A stretch of DNA of 63,063 nt, filler included, from Intoshia linei (Eukaryota > Animalia > Orthonectida): the NCBI GenBank assembly GCA_001642005.1. It is 4 parts of 4 records of this genome, joined end to end, with 100 filler letters (N's around TTAATTAATTAA, not from the genome) between each part and the next. Parts side by side here need not be neighbours in the genome. Positions count along the whole stretch, not along the records: positions 49,853 to 61,753 come from LWCA01001135.1; positions 61,854 to 63,063 come from LWCA01002728.1; 2 more parts are not named here. The stretch is one strand, 5' to 3'. Every line of letters starts with the position of its first letter. Within the stretch, counting starts at the first letter, position 1. The notes beneath the pieces are model-generated. The model was not told where the DNA came from and did no database searches. It worked only from the letters and a program-made list of their open reading frames with translations. This document shows, piece after piece, positions 50,150 to 63,063 of this stretch. A program made the translations under genes and the position numbers.

Positions 50150-52030
50150 TTAAATTATAAAGTTGTAGATAAGGAATTGTTGGCTATAGTCTGGGCTGTA
50201 AAAAATATTACAGATATTTGTATGGGAAGAAAAATTTGTGATTATTACTGATCATAATCCGTTGGTGATGTTGAGAAATTCGGAAAAGCTTTCAGGTATG
50301 AAGTTGAGATGAATTCAGTTGTTAGAGTTGTATGATTATGAGATTCAGTACAGACCTGGGAAATTTAGTTTGAGTGCTGATGTGTTGTCAAGGTTGAAAG
50401 TTGTGAATGGTGAGAATGACAAGTTGAAAATTAAGGAGGCCCAGTTGGAAGATGGTAATTGTAGGTGGATGAAAATGTATTTAGAAAATATAAATAGAGG
50501 GGATTATGGTTCAAAAGTTGATTCGGTATATTGGGATATTCAAAATAGGTTGAGATTAGAATATGGGGTTATTGTGTATCGTAGAAATCAGGAGTTGTTG
50601 GCATTGGTGCCTGTTTATAAAATATTAGAGTTAATGCAGGAATTACATAATGGGTTCGGAGAAATGCATGTTGGAACACTGAAATTAGTTGATTTGTTGA
50701 GTCAAAAATTTTTTTGGACCGGTTTTGTTGATGATATTAGGTTTTACGTGAGTTGTTGTGTAAATTGCATGGAAAATAAGAATGGTCGTAGAAAACATGA
50801 AAATGAGTTGAGACTAGTTGTAACCACAAAAATAAATGATCTGTGGCAGTTGGATATTGCGGGCCAATTGCCGAGAGTTTTGATGGAAAGAAATATATGT
50901 TGGTTATGGTAGATATGAATACAAAATGGCCGGAAATTTTTACTTATTAAATTAAATTATGTCAGATATGTCATCTAAAACAGTTGCTCGAATCATTTAT
51001 GAAGAATTGATTCCAAGGTTTGTAGTTCCGGAACGGATTCACACTGATAGGGGAACACACTTTGAATCGGAATTGTTGAAAGAATTGTGTGAAAAAATGG
51101 GAGTTGTTAAAACAGAAACGCGCGTACCATCATGAAGTGGTAGGTGGAGTTGAAAGATTAATAAGGGTTATTAAAAATATATTGAGGTGTAAGTTGACAA
51201 ATATACATGACAAAAGTTGGATAAACATAATCGGTTTTAAAGATTATCAACGGATGTAAATCCATTAGTTGTCGAGGATAATACATTAAACTCAGATATC
51301 GAAGTAGTACCAGTTAACACATTGTCAGGTAAAAGAAAAAAGTTTTTACCAAAAAAATTTAATGACTATGAGTGGGATAACCCAAATATACATACGTTGT
51401 CAACGAAACGTAAATTGGTAACACGAGAAAAATTTAAAGTTGATAAAAGTTGTGTCTTTCATAATAAAAATGTTGATTTTAATTTGAAATCAGATTAAAT
51501 TGAAAAAATGTGTTTATATTTAACATTATCGCAATTTGATCTTCTTAGATATCATGATCAGTTGAATACATTTCCAATAAAGTTGTTGTAAATTAATGAT
51601 TTTGATACATCTAAATCAATTTTTGATTTTGGAAGGTTGCTTTGGACATTTAAATATATACCATGGTCTGACATACAGTTGCATAAATCAGTTGATGCGA
51701 TAGATATTAGTTGAGTTGAGTTCAACTTAATGAATTGTAGGATCTAAATGTTAGTAAACTTGTCAACATAAAAAGTCGTTAAAAATACCAGTCAGATGGA
51801 TTGGGGTAGTCGCGCCTTGTTTCCCTAGTAATCGAGTAAGAAAGTTGGAAGTTCTGGTGGAAGGTGTAGTATTGTACCATTTAGTTGTTATTGTTGTAAT
51901 AAAGTGAGCGAGTTGTCGCTCATTTTATGATTTTGTATTAAATAGTTACGTCAAATTTTCTTAAAATTATTTGTAATAAGTTTCGCTGAATATTGAAGAC
52001 CTTCAAGGATCCAAACATTAAAAATTACGA
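50150..52030 (+). mobile_element. Decayed Ty3/Gypsy retrotransposon: RNase H, integrase, PPT and probable 3' LTR
   Basis: DKELLAIVWAVK, TDHNPL, LELYDYEIQYRPGK..ADVLSR, HHCC zinc-binding region, WQLDIAG, RIHTDRGTHFES, with stops and frameshifts. A purine-rich tract ggtggaagg is followed by TGTAGT at 51865. Confidence 0.92.
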
Positions 52031-52426
52031 TACTAAATTATAATTTTCTATCTCTTAAAAAAAGTGTCTTTTTGGGACCCTAATATATATGAAAGTATGT
52101 CTGTGTGTTCCATTATATTTAAGAAAGTAAGAGGATTCTAGTTTTACAAATTCCATATTCTTATAACAGTTTTTGCAGAGATTATTGGCGAGTTTGACGG
52201 TATTAGTATTTTTAAATTACATAAAATTAAATTTTATTATTGAATTTATTTTTTTGGTAAAATTAAATTAGTTAAAAAGAAACAGTTTCACGAACATAAC
52301 TCGTAACAATTAAAATTCCTTAATCTTAAATTAAATGGTGTAGTATATTGACTCTTATTTAAATTAAAATTCAGGTCAAAAAAATATTAAATTGAAATTT
52401 GTAATTGGGATAAACAAAAAAATGAA

Positions 52427-53465
52427 TCATTGAAGAATAGTGCCGGAACGGATAAATTTTATATCATTTTTAGGAATTCCATTTTCTAGTGGTTGATTTT
52501 CCATAATTTCCAAAGTTTTCCAACCTTCTAGTAATCGACCAAAACAAACGTATGATTTATCCAAAAATCCGCAATTATTAAGAGTAATATAAAATTGAGA
52601 AGCATTGGTGTTTCGCCCAGAATTAGCCATACCGACAACTCCGCGTCTATTATGAGGCACAGAAAAACCTTCATCTTCAAAGAACGGACCTTTTGATATA
52701 TTGTTGTATTTTACATTCAAAGCCTGACTTTGACTGTTGTACAATTTACTTTCACTAGTGGTTTGGTGTTTATAACTATTATTGGCATCAAATACACTTG
52801 AATTTGCATAAACATTTTCAATATCTGTTTGTAAATTACCAGCTTGAATCCAACCATTCTTGACGATCCTGTGCACCTTTGTATTTTTATAAGTTAGTTT
52901 AATTTTTTGGTCTGTTTTGCTGTCGTTTTCAAATTCCCCATTGCAAAGAGATTTAAAATTGAAACAAGTTTTGGGTAATAAATCGGAATACAACAAAATT
53001 ACTAAACGACCTGCTGGTTTATCTCCAACGTCAACGTCAAAGTACACGATATCGTTGGTCAAAAGCAATACTCGAATTTCTTCACTATATAAATCTTCGC
53101 ATAAGGATTCAAAAAGAAACTGGGGTCGTGAAGTTTCTATTCCATATTCAATTTCTATCCATTTTATCATCTAAATATATTTTATTATCACAATTCCAAC
53201 TTTAAATAATTACATCGACAGATGGCATGAATGTGGTACCATTTAAAATGACAATGACATTTTCATCGTAGGTTATAAGTTCTTTTTCTGTTTTGCTTTT
53301 TAAATCCAGCATGTACAGTTTCCAATCAAATTCAAACATTGGTTTGAAAGTTTGGATATTGAAAAGGTTTGATTCTTGTAGGCATAATTGTTGGATATAG
53401 TAATGTGTCATGTGGAGTATGGTAGCATTCATTTGCCCGTATATTTCAATGTTACAGAGCTCCAT
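52427..53465 (-). CDS. PPIL6: Peptidyl-prolyl isomerase-like 6 (ciliary cyclophilin), two exons
   Basis: N-terminal extension MFEFDWKLYM..., then cyclophilin VYFDVDVGDKPAGRL...PKTCFNFKSLC, HRIVKNGWIQAG, RRGVVGMANSGRNTNASQFYITL. The GWIQ motif and N-terminal domain fit PPIL6. Confidence 0.88.
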
Positions 53466-53681
53466 TTTTATTTATTCTGATTTGTTTTTGAACGTTGTCA
53501 GGCTTAATCGAAATCTATACTAATTACCTAGTAAAAATTATAATTAACGTAAACAAGCCAACAAAAAAGTTAATTTGTCAAATTTTAATTGGATTTTGGT
53601 ACATTTGATTTATTTAAATTTATTCCCAACGTTTAATAACGTTTAGGTGGTTTAAGTGATTACTTAAAAGTCCATGTCTAA

Positions 53682-54446
53682 TTAGTTTTGATTGTTTGTC
53701 ATCATTTGTATTCGTTTCTTTTATTTTCTCATCTTGTTTACTCTGCATTCTTTCAATTTTGTCATTTTCTGTCTAAATTAAACCATGTTAAATAACCATA
53801 CACATTGCTTAATGTTTAATTCAAATGTATGTGAATGTACCTGATTCAGATAGTTCAATTTTAGAATGTCTAAATTATTTTGTTCCAATATAATCCTTTT
53901 TAAAGCTTCATATTTTAATTTTGATGTTACAGGTTGATAGCGCTGTCGCATACTACAAATGTAATTAATAGCTATTTAAATTTTAAATGATGTGTATACT
54001 ATAATATATTCAATAAAACACATATAATACATATAGTAAGTTGTATTTTTAATGTATTTATTAGATTATTTCATCATTTCAAGTTAATTTCATTCTAAAT
54101 TTTGCAACATATTGTAATTATTCCAAATGTAGCGGATTTAAACTTATGATTTTAAAAATATGTATAAATTAAAATACAAAGACATTAAATGTTTTACAAT
54201 TCTTAAAATTTTCGATAAATTTTGACAAGTTACATTTTAAGTAATATGAAAAATTCAATATGTCAATGCGTATCAATAAATCGAAAATGTTTAAATTAAA
54301 TGTAGCACATTTTAAATTCATAGAATAGTTTTTTTATTTTAATACATTTTGTAGGTAGATAAATTAAATGTGTCTATTACATGCACAATAGGGAGTGATT
54401 GTTGCGAAAATGAAAAATTATCAGCCATAAGATAAACAGGTTGCAT
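53682..54446 (-). CDS. Small spliced hypothetical protein (coiled-coil C-terminus)
   Basis: Exons MRQRYQPVTSKLKYEALKRIILEQNNLDILKLNYLNQ | TENDKIERMQSKQDEKIKKRIQMMTNNQN* joined by a GT-AG intron. 5' exons uncertain. Confidence 0.4.
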
Positions 54447-55037
54447 ACCTATTAAAATTATCGATAAAAGTCGATTTTTCCCTGACGGTCTGAAATGGTT
54501 TTTTTTATTAACATGTAAATTTTATTAATGGTGGGATAAAAGTGGGATTTTTGAAATAAAGGCTTTGGGATAAATTTCCAACATCTGGCAACTATCTAAT
54601 AAATATTAAAAATTATCCTATAAAAATAAACAAAAGTTGATAAAAATTATTCTATCTTTTATTTGAATCTCATGGACCCAGGCATATAGTTTTGGATCCC
54701 CATCGGGAACCACTATTCTAAATGATAATTATTCACACAATGGATGTACGTGTGAATGAATTCTAAACAGACCACAAGGGTCACAGACTGCGAATGGCAA
54801 AAAATGTCTGGTCCAAAGTTTGGACTGCAATTATCAGATGTATATTGTACAATAGGGTGTATACTTTTTTTATTAGAAAAAACCATTTTGCATGCGGATG
54901 CCTGTTTTAATTTTCAGCATTTATCTAAAAAAATGAAATCGGTTAATATTTACCCCCTCAAATGTAATAATAAATTAATATTTTGAATTTGCTTTATCAT
55001 AATAAAGATAATATACATCTTCTTAAATCGTACTAAC

Positions 55038-56145
55038 TAGTGATTGTGACTTTCCGGGAAAAATAAAAATTTTAAAGACCTTAATTGACTCTCATGGGCC
55101 TAGATTCTTCTTCGTAGTGTGAGGGAGGCTAATGGTTTTCCGGCTAAATTCCGTGTGTTCCTTACTCCCTGTGGGGAGATGGGGATCTTGGCAAAGGGCG
55201 TTATTAACTCTTCAAAAAAAGGACTTGAAAAAATTTAGGATGTTACTTATAAGAGTAGCATCCACCACTATTATCAAATGGCGAAAAGGGTATGATTAGG
55301 GGTTTCCCAAGAAATTATGAGTATTTGAATTTTGGTGGCAAAGAAGCTTTCCAAGTATAAATAAAATAGATTTTTTTAATTAGAAAGTTGTAAGAAAATT
55401 GAAATGAAAACTTTCTAGTATTTAATTTTCTTTATTAGTTGAAAAGGAATATCCTATAATTGCAGATAAAGCCGTAAAAATTCTAATGCAATTTTCAACA
55501 TCCTACTTTTGTGAATTGGTATTTTCTGCATTGACAGCAATTAAGCATAAAAAACGGGCAAAGCTGCTGTCCGTAGAAGAAATTCGTGTATGTCTCTCAA
55601 AAATACGTCCAAAAATTAAAAACCTCTATAAAAAATATCAGGCCCAAATTTCTCATTAAGAAAGAAAAATAAATGTCTTTATTAAAAAATTTTGATCATG
55701 CTTTTAGGTGCTGCGATTTTTTGTAATTTCATAAGGGTTCTGCGCAGTAAAAAAGGTTTAGAAACACTGATCTAGATGATAGCGTTCCAGTTCGTAACAA
55801 CTCATAATATTTTTCAAAATAATATTGAAAAAAGAGGATAATTCCCTGAAGAGTTAGAAATTTTTTATTTGTGGTTTGATAAAGTGGATTTTTTTCATAA
55901 GATTTCGTATAATCGGATTTTTGAAAAGAGTGAAATCGGTGTAAGTCAATTTTTCCATGAGGGATTGAAATGGTATTTTTGATTAAATTTTATTAGTAGT
56001 GGTATTTTTGAAATAGTAAATTTTAAATAATATATAATCATATTTTCATAGTAATAACAAACATAAATCAAATACAGGTATGTTTCAATTTTTTTCGGGA
56101 AATCCCGGGAATTTTGTTCCGGTTTTTTCCCCGGCACAATCACTA
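55038..56145. mobile_element. hAT element (same family as 8298-9119) with internal insertions
   Basis: TIR tagtgattgtg / cacaatcacta; TSD gtactaac / gtactgac. It carries a Buster transposase C-terminus (KEYPIIADKAVKILMQFSTSYFCE...QAQISH*) ending in TIR aaacactg at ~55769. Confidence 0.9.
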
Positions 56146-56735
56146 GTACTGACCAAAAGAAAAAAGTAAATCAAGTTGTCAATCTTATTTATATAATAGA
56201 ATATTAAAGTTATATTTATCAAAAACTATCAAATTTATATGGTTGCTATGGTTGTACTTTCTTTGATGGGTTGCCCATGTTTTATAGACCATTTTGTTTT
56301 TTTAAATTTTCTAGCTCATGTATTTTGGTTTGTACGGAATTAATTTGAGTTTATAATAAACTTTACTTATAGTTTTTGGGGTTAATTGTGGGGATTCAAA
56401 CATTATTAAAAACCAAAATAAATCAGCTAGAAATGAATCTAAAAAATTGTCCACAGAGCATGGTAAACCCGTCAAAGAAATTACCAACATAATTATCCAT
56501 AAAAACAAAATTAAAGCTGATTATGACACATTTTATGGTAATGATTATATTTTTTACTATGGCCCGTCACATGGCGTAAAATATAATTAAAACATATATC
56601 AAAATTTTATTGTGAAATTTACCCCCTATCAATTCTTCCTGGAACCTTTTCAAGTTTAACATAATAATACAAGATTCGAGTGAGTTTCATAATTTTCGAT
56701 AAAGTTGAGTTGATATTTATTGAATTCTTGATACA

Positions 56736-58828
56736 ATGTCAATTTTCACCAAATACTATAATTTTGTAGTTAAACGCAATTCAACCTACGCATTATTTTT
56801 GATTGGCAGTGTATTTGTATTTGAAAGAGTTGTCGATTATTCTGGCGATGAACTTTTCGATTGGATAAACAAAGGGGTATATATTATTGTATATTGCAGA
56901 GTATCTACCATGCTATGTAGCTCTAAAATATGTACATTTTAATTTTAATCATTTTTACTGTAATTGGCACCTACATATTATTTTTTTACTTTTCTGTGAC
57001 CCATCAAACGAATATTATTTGATTAACCCGTGCGATTAACCTGAACGAATTCCCGCTTGACTAAAGTTGCCAGAAAAATACGTACTATCACTTTTAGTTT
57101 ATTTGGAATAAATTTTATGCCGAAATTTATTGTTAATTAATTGAAAATTAATAAGAGAAAATCAAAGATCTCCTACTTGTTTTTTTGAATATTCACTTAA
57201 TAGACAGGTTTTAATGTTTAATATTATTTGAAACAGTTTTTATGTCAATATTATATGATGAACATTGTAGAATATATTTTAAATTAAATATTTTAACCAG
57301 AATTATGATTCTTTAAACTATTTTGTTTCTAGCTATATAAATTCTCACACTTCAAAACTTATAAACTGTTTCTCAAGATATCAATGTGAAGAATTTTTAT
57401 TAATTTGGGGGCCTTTTTTAATAAGTGGCCCTGGGCTACAGACCATATTTCCCATACCTTAAAACGGCTCTGACTGTATATTGAAAATTTTTACTATATT
57501 ATAAGATTTTGCAAGGAAAAGCTTAATTTTCAACTGTAATCCAATCGAATCGCTCCTGAAACCAATAATTCATGATTATTTTATTTATTTTAAATCGTTC
57601 TTTAAAATAAATTATTCAAAATATGCGAAATAAAAAAAGCTCTAATGCAGGTTTCTTAATAGTTCCAAAAATCATTAAAAAACGTTTTTCACAATTCTTA
57701 TATTTCCATGGATATGCGATGCTTGGATCTACCTTTTTGGTTTAACTAGTTTGAATTTCTCATAAATAACCCAATACTAACATTTTTCTAATAAATAAAC
57801 ATTTGTAAAAACCAGAATAAATGAGGTAAAAATTAATTTAAAAAAAATCCTTACTTATATAAAGTTGAATGGTTAAAAATGTATATCTGTTTAATTATTT
57901 GTTTTAAATTCATCAGTATTATGATAATTTTCAATTTCAAAATCTTTACGGCTAAAACCACAAATTATCTTTTTTTGTAAAAATTAAGAAAATTTTAGAA
58001 TTTTATACAACATAAATTCTGGGATGGTTTTTAAATTCATAGGCTATATTATAAATGGTAACCTCAAAAAAGGTAATTTTCACTGTCAAAAACCCAAATT
58101 ACTTTTTTTTTTAAAAATAAAAAGTCTTAGAATTTTAAAAAATTAGAGACGATACAGTTATATACTTATAACACACATAGAAATTTTTAATCTGATGACA
58201 TGACGCCTTCATAGTCAAAATGGCACTTTAATATTAATTTTTTTATTTCGAAACTAAATTTATTAACAATTTTAAAATTGTAAAACAAAAAATTTGAAAT
58301 AATAAATGGTCGTACTGTATTGTATTGTACGTACAATGAAAAAAAGGATTTTTTTGATACAATCTATTCTAGTCTATATAAATACAAAATTTCAACTCCA
58401 TAAATCTACGCATTCCCGGTGAAAAATAATTTTTAATATATTATCAACCAAATTTTTCAAATGTTGGATTAAAAGTAAAAATTTAAATGTAAATAATCAT
58501 CCTACAATTTCAAAAAAAAATAAATATGCCCTCGGCAGAGCTATATGCTGTTTGTGCGTTTGACTCATTTCACTGAAAGAAATATTTCAAGTTTTAGGGC
58601 TCTTTAAATTTTTTAAATATTTTCTCAAATTATGACTAATTTGATAAATTCTTCAAAAATATGAAATTTGCACTGGGATATTGATACCAGACAAGACGAT
58701 AAAAATATTTGAAAATTTGTATATTTTTATATATATGACAGAGATTAATTTATATTTAGAAACTATGGAAAGATGTGAGACCTACCGTTGAAGCAGCTTA
58801 CTTGAAATCGAAAGAAGAGGAAGAATAA
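56736..58828 (+). CDS. UQCR10: Cytochrome b-c1 complex subunit 9, two exons (56736-56876, 58760-58828)
   Basis: MSIFTKYYNFVVKRNSTYALFLIGSVFVFERVVDYSGDELFDWINKG|KLWKDVRPTVEAAYLKSKEEEE*, with the diagnostic RxST..FER..D...IN.GKLWK motifs. Confidence 0.95.
57848..58560 (+). mobile_element. Near full-length Helitron copy in the UQCR10 intron
   Basis: Starts A|TCCTTACTTATATA and ends gccctcggcagagcta..tgtttgtgcg, the reverse complement of the subterminal motif beside the CTAG ends (62956-63010). Confidence 0.7.
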
Positions 58829-59098
58829 TGGATTTGTAAAACTAATACACATTATCACACCGTTGCTTTTTATTTGGGTGTGTCTATTCACATTAAAATC
58901 TAATTTTAATAAATGTATACCGTTATACAGTCTGCAAATTACACTATGTGTTTACAATAATCATACTAAAATGGTGAAATCAAAAGTAGGAAATTTGTCA
59001 CGTACATTTATTGCATACATTTTAAATATCGCTATACTTATATGCGCACAAATTATAAAACTAAATTTGTACTGTTTTGAATTTAATTTAAAAAATTG

Positions 59099-60294
59099 AT
59101 GCAGGACTATGATTGTAAAGATTATTTCATCCACTTTGACATTGATCATTTAATTATCGATTTATCGACAAAGCTATCACTGTGGCATATAATATTGGTC
59201 ATATTGTCAATTGGTTTATTTGCCTCCGTTATATCCACAATTTATCGATTTTCGAGGTAATAATTTCAAGTTTATTTGTTTAAATACAATAATTGATTGT
59301 AAACGTTATTTTTTTGTATATCAATTAAATATAACAATAAAAATGTAAATGTAAATACTTAACATGTTTAACAATTGAAAACTAGACAAAAACTGTTTGG
59401 AGATGTAAAATTTATCGACACCTTTTTTGACGCTGGAGCTAACGTCAATTTGCTAACAAATTCCTGTGGAATAATTTTGAAATGGATGTGGATAGTCGTC
59501 ATATTGGATTGCTTTAAATCTACAAAAAATGTTGATTTTTTTAAATGTTAATATTTTATTCATTTAGCATGGTGTTATGGGGAATTATTGTAGTGTTATC
59601 GGTTCAACAATTCCGCTTTTTTTATATTTGTTGATTATTAAACTTGTTAGACGTAACAGTACCATATCTAAAACGTATTGTCAGGTTTTATTTTTTTAAT
59701 TGTTTTTAACGTTTTTAGATTATGAAACTGAAATACGGAACTCGTGTTCACATTTTTACCATTTGTATTGCATTGTGCTTTAATTTTTTGATATCTTACA
59801 TTACAATGATTGAAACTGTGGATTATATCGATAATTTGTATTTAGGTAAGGGTGTATGCATTAAAATTTGTTTGATTCGATTAACGTTTTTGTTTTTAGT
59901 GCAAAATGGACGATGGATAGTAACAATAGTATTTTTACTTGTGGTTGTGTTTTGTACCTTAATATCTGGAACTGGCGGATTATTGCACTTGTCTTATCCC
60001 TTTATTGTTGCAATTTTAGCGATATGTTGTACATTGATTGTCAAATTACCGTATCCAATTTTGGACAATATTAAAACTGGTGAAACGGATAAACTCTACA
60101 ATATTTTAAAATGCCCTATTCATTCAGTTGATGAAATTAATGTGTACAAAAACTCTAGCGTGTATACTATTGAAAAAAGTTATAAAATTGGATCTATCAT
60201 GGACAGCAAATTATCTGCAGCTTTTGTTAATGGAATTGTTATCGGATTATGTAATTTTTTATATCTAGTTGAAAGTGGGCAACTTTTTAGTTGA
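59099..60294 (+). CDS. DUR3-like urea active transporter (sodium:solute symporter family), N-terminal part
   Basis: Spliced FFDAGANVNLLTNSCGIILKWMW, HGVMG..GSTIPLFLYLLIIKLVRRNSTISKTYCQIMKLKYGTRVHIF and GSIMDSKLSAAFVNGIV align by eye with DUR3 (F.TAGRSV...WTW, YGVSG..GATIQ..HT..EIVK.R.G...HIVF, GSYLT..S.GG..FG). 3' exons not resolved. Confidence 0.7.
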
Positions 60295-60699
60295 ACCATG
60301 TTATGTACGACAGATTGAATTTCCCTTATTTTGAAAATTTTTAATTATAATCATACATGTATTTTGAGAGAATTTTTTGCATAATTTATTTACATGTTAA
60401 TATCAAGATGCAAGTATCTTTGATACGTTTTGAATTTTATTGTCAATAAAGCTTTAGGGTAATGTTATATATAATTTAATGGGCTTAATTAATTTTTATA
60501 CAGAATAACTGGAATAAACTGTATCATTAATCCTTTTTAAAGCTCTAGATCAATATTTTATTTAAATGAAATAATTTTCAAATGAAAATATTAAAGTCAT
60601 TTTTGACGTAAAGGTGTTAATTTCTAGAATTGACATTGACATTCTGTATTTAACTGAAAGAAACTTATTAAGTCTGATAAGGCTTGTTTTTTCATATTT

Positions 60700-61640
60700 C
60701 AAAAAAATGATACGTTGGCTGTTTGACCGTAAAAATTTGAATTTTTTATAACATTTATGATACTGTATTAGTCTTAAAGAACTGTATTATACAATTTGTA
60801 ATTTATTTTTTGTAAAATTCAGGGGTTTTGACCCTGTCAATGTAAATTTCTCAAATTGACGTTTTTCTTACTTTCTACGCCAGAAAAACCTAAATTAATT
60901 TATATTTCGTAAAATTCAGGGACATTATGTAGTTTTTAAAAAAGGGTAATTTGTCTATTTGACAATGAAAATATAAAATTTCTCAAATTAACGTTTTCTT
61001 ACTTTGTACCCCAAAAAGTCTTAACTTAAAATTTGTATTCCATATAATTCAGGGAATAGTAGTTTTTTAATTTTTGTAAAAAAAGGGGATGTGGGTTTTG
61101 ACCTATAAAATACAAATTTCTCAAATAAGGTTTTTTTACTTTTCTGCACCAGAAAACCCTAATTTTGCATTTATGTTTTGTGATATTCAGGATATATACC
61201 TTATGTTTTTTTCGTTTTTTTTAGAAAATTGTTAATTGGATTTTTCATCATAAAAATACAAATTTCTCATATTTTTATTATTATATTCTGTGGCGGAAAA
61301 CACTAATTTAGAATTGGTATTTCGTATGATTCAGGGGATACTTGTTTTTTTTCATTTCTTTTAAAAAAGGGTGATTTGGGGTTTTGACTTATAAAATGCA
61401 AATTTCTCAAATTGGTGTTTTTTTTATTTCTACACCAGAAAACGCTAATGTAGAATTTATGTTTTTTTCGTTTTTTTTAAAAATGGGTAATTTGATATTT
61501 GGCCATGAAAATGCCAAATTTCTCAAATTTGTGTTTTTTTTATTTTTTAGCCAGAAACCCCTAACTTAGAATTTGTATTTCGTATAATTCAGGGGATACT
61601 TGTTTTTTTGATTTTTTTAAAAAAAGGGTGATTTGAGTAT
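60700..61640. repeat. Degenerate tandem array, unit roughly 100-150 bp
   Basis: Recurring aattcaggg...aaaaagggt.atttg..ttttgac...aaatttctcaaatt...ccagaaaac.ctaa, about 6-7 units. Confidence 0.8.
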
Positions 61641-61643
61641 TTT

Positions 61644-61753
61644 TAGTGATTGTGCCGGGAAAAAAACCGGGACAAAATTCCCGGAATATTTAATAATTTC
61701 CGGGATTTCCCGAAAAAAATTGAAACATACCTGTATTTGATTTATGTTTGTTA
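61644..61753. mobile_element. Third copy (one end) of the TAG-terminal hAT family, cut by the gap
   Basis: tagtgattgtgccgggaaaaaaaccgggacaaaattcccgg is the reverse complement of the right end at ~56060-56145. Confidence 0.85.
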
Positions 61754-61853
61754 NNNNNNNNNNNNNNNNNNNNNNNNNNNNNNNNNNNNNNNNNNNNTTA
61801 ATTAATTAANNNNNNNNNNNNNNNNNNNNNNNNNNNNNNNNNNNNNNNNNNNN
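61754..61853. other. Assembly spacer
   Basis: N44-TTAATTAATTAA-N44. Confidence 0.98.
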
Positions 61854-62955
61854 CGGCAATGGATAAAAGTGTTGAATAAATTATCAATTTTTTTAAATGT
61901 ACATTTTCTATCAATAATTTTGGGGAAAATAGAATTTATCAACCCTTTAGAGAAAAATTCTTTTAAAATAGCATAATAAATTAGTATAAAGTCCATTAAC
62001 ACTTCACTTTAGATTTTTTAATTTTTTATCTATTGCCATGATCGTGCCGTCCTATTTGTCGGTGATTCTATGAGTATATATATAATTTTATCTATTAACA
62101 TATAATTTGAAAATAAACTATAAGGTTAAATAAATCTTAAATCCAATTTATATTTTTAATAACATGTTTTCGTCAATTTATTTTGACTTACAAAAAAATT
62201 TTAAAAATTAAGTTTAGGTAAAAGTTGAGTAATTAATAAAAAATACAGTTCAAAAAAAATAATTAAATTAGATAAACATTTGCAGAGACGCTTGCCATTT
62301 TAAAGACCCCATACAATAATTTTCTACAAAAATTAAAATATAGCTTTATTTAATGGAATGTTACAAATGGGTATGCTAGCTATGATTTGAGTGGTTTGGA
62401 GTTGATCATTATTTTTAGTTATTCATGTATCTATGTATCTTTGAATTCAATTTTACCTCGTTAACTTTTTATTTTTATTTATAAAAATTATGACTTAAAA
62501 CAAAAATAAATGTGGTATAATTAAATTTAAAGATACAAAGAGGATAACCAAACATGTCAATCTACACAAGACCACCCAAAACATAAATACATATCTTATT
62601 ATAACATTTGAGTAAATAGAGCTATATTTAAATTTTCGTGGAACATTTTTGTATGGAATTTTTAGAATTTCAAGCGTTCCGCTAAAAATTCTCCAAAATC
62701 ATTTTTTTCACTATAACTATATAACTGTCACATGCGATTTTATCCATTCCTGGACTATAAATTTTCCAAAAAAAGTACTAAAATTCCCACCCCTAATATA
62801 CATATACGAAATCTTGAGAGCCACATTTTTGACACCCCTGATAATAATGGTGTTATTTACATTTTAAAATACCGGTTACTTTTGTTTGTTTAAACAAAGC
62901 AGGTAATTATGCATATAATTACATATTGTATATTAACATCCTTTTTTATATAGCA

Positions 62956-63063
62956 CTAGGTTTACTATAATGTACTACGTACAAACAGAACTTAGCTCTG
63001 CCGAGGGCGCATTTTTATTATACCAAAAAAATAAATTCACGTTGAAAATCTAACTTAAAAATC
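62956..63063 (-). mobile_element. Helitron 3' terminus
   Basis: Minus strand reads ...tgtac-gta-gtaca hairpin...CTAG|T. Confidence 0.72.

Noticed and set aside
60700-61640. CRISPR-like repeat-spacer array
   Set aside because: Eukaryotic context. Whole units are degenerate copies with no unique spacers, and there are no cas genes.
1-63063. tRNA, rRNA or snRNA genes
   Set aside because: None recognised by eye. A covariance-model scan would be needed to exclude them.

Overview
This is very AT-rich animal genomic DNA with compact genes, many 30-45 nt GT-AG introns and a few large introns full of transposons. The style suggests a reduced spiralian such as an orthonectid, but that is inference only. 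Three 100-nt assembly spacers (N44-TTAATTAATTAA-N44) split the window into four contigs. Host genes reconstructed by manual splicing: CLPTM1 (3' half only), seipin/BSCL2, ZFAND3-like A20/AN1 zinc finger, grainyhead, a DH-BAR-SH3 RhoGEF (Tuba/ARHGEF37-38-like), two tandem ELM2-SANT (MIER-like) genes, PPIL6, UQCR10 and a DUR3-like solute symporter. Repeats comprise a dominant non-autonomous Helitron family, hAT and pogo/Tc1 MITEs (some nested four deep) and a decayed Gypsy element. The most interesting region is the first ~4.4 kb. There a frameshifted alphavirus-supergroup (Virga/Nege-like) SF1 RNA helicase is sandwiched between two LTR-retrotransposon gag fragments, next to a ~2.3 kb decayed, intronless, glycoprotein-like reading frame. 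All of these lie antisense to CLPTM1 and apparently inside one of its introns. This is a candidate retrotransposon-built endogenous RNA-virus (EVE) archive.
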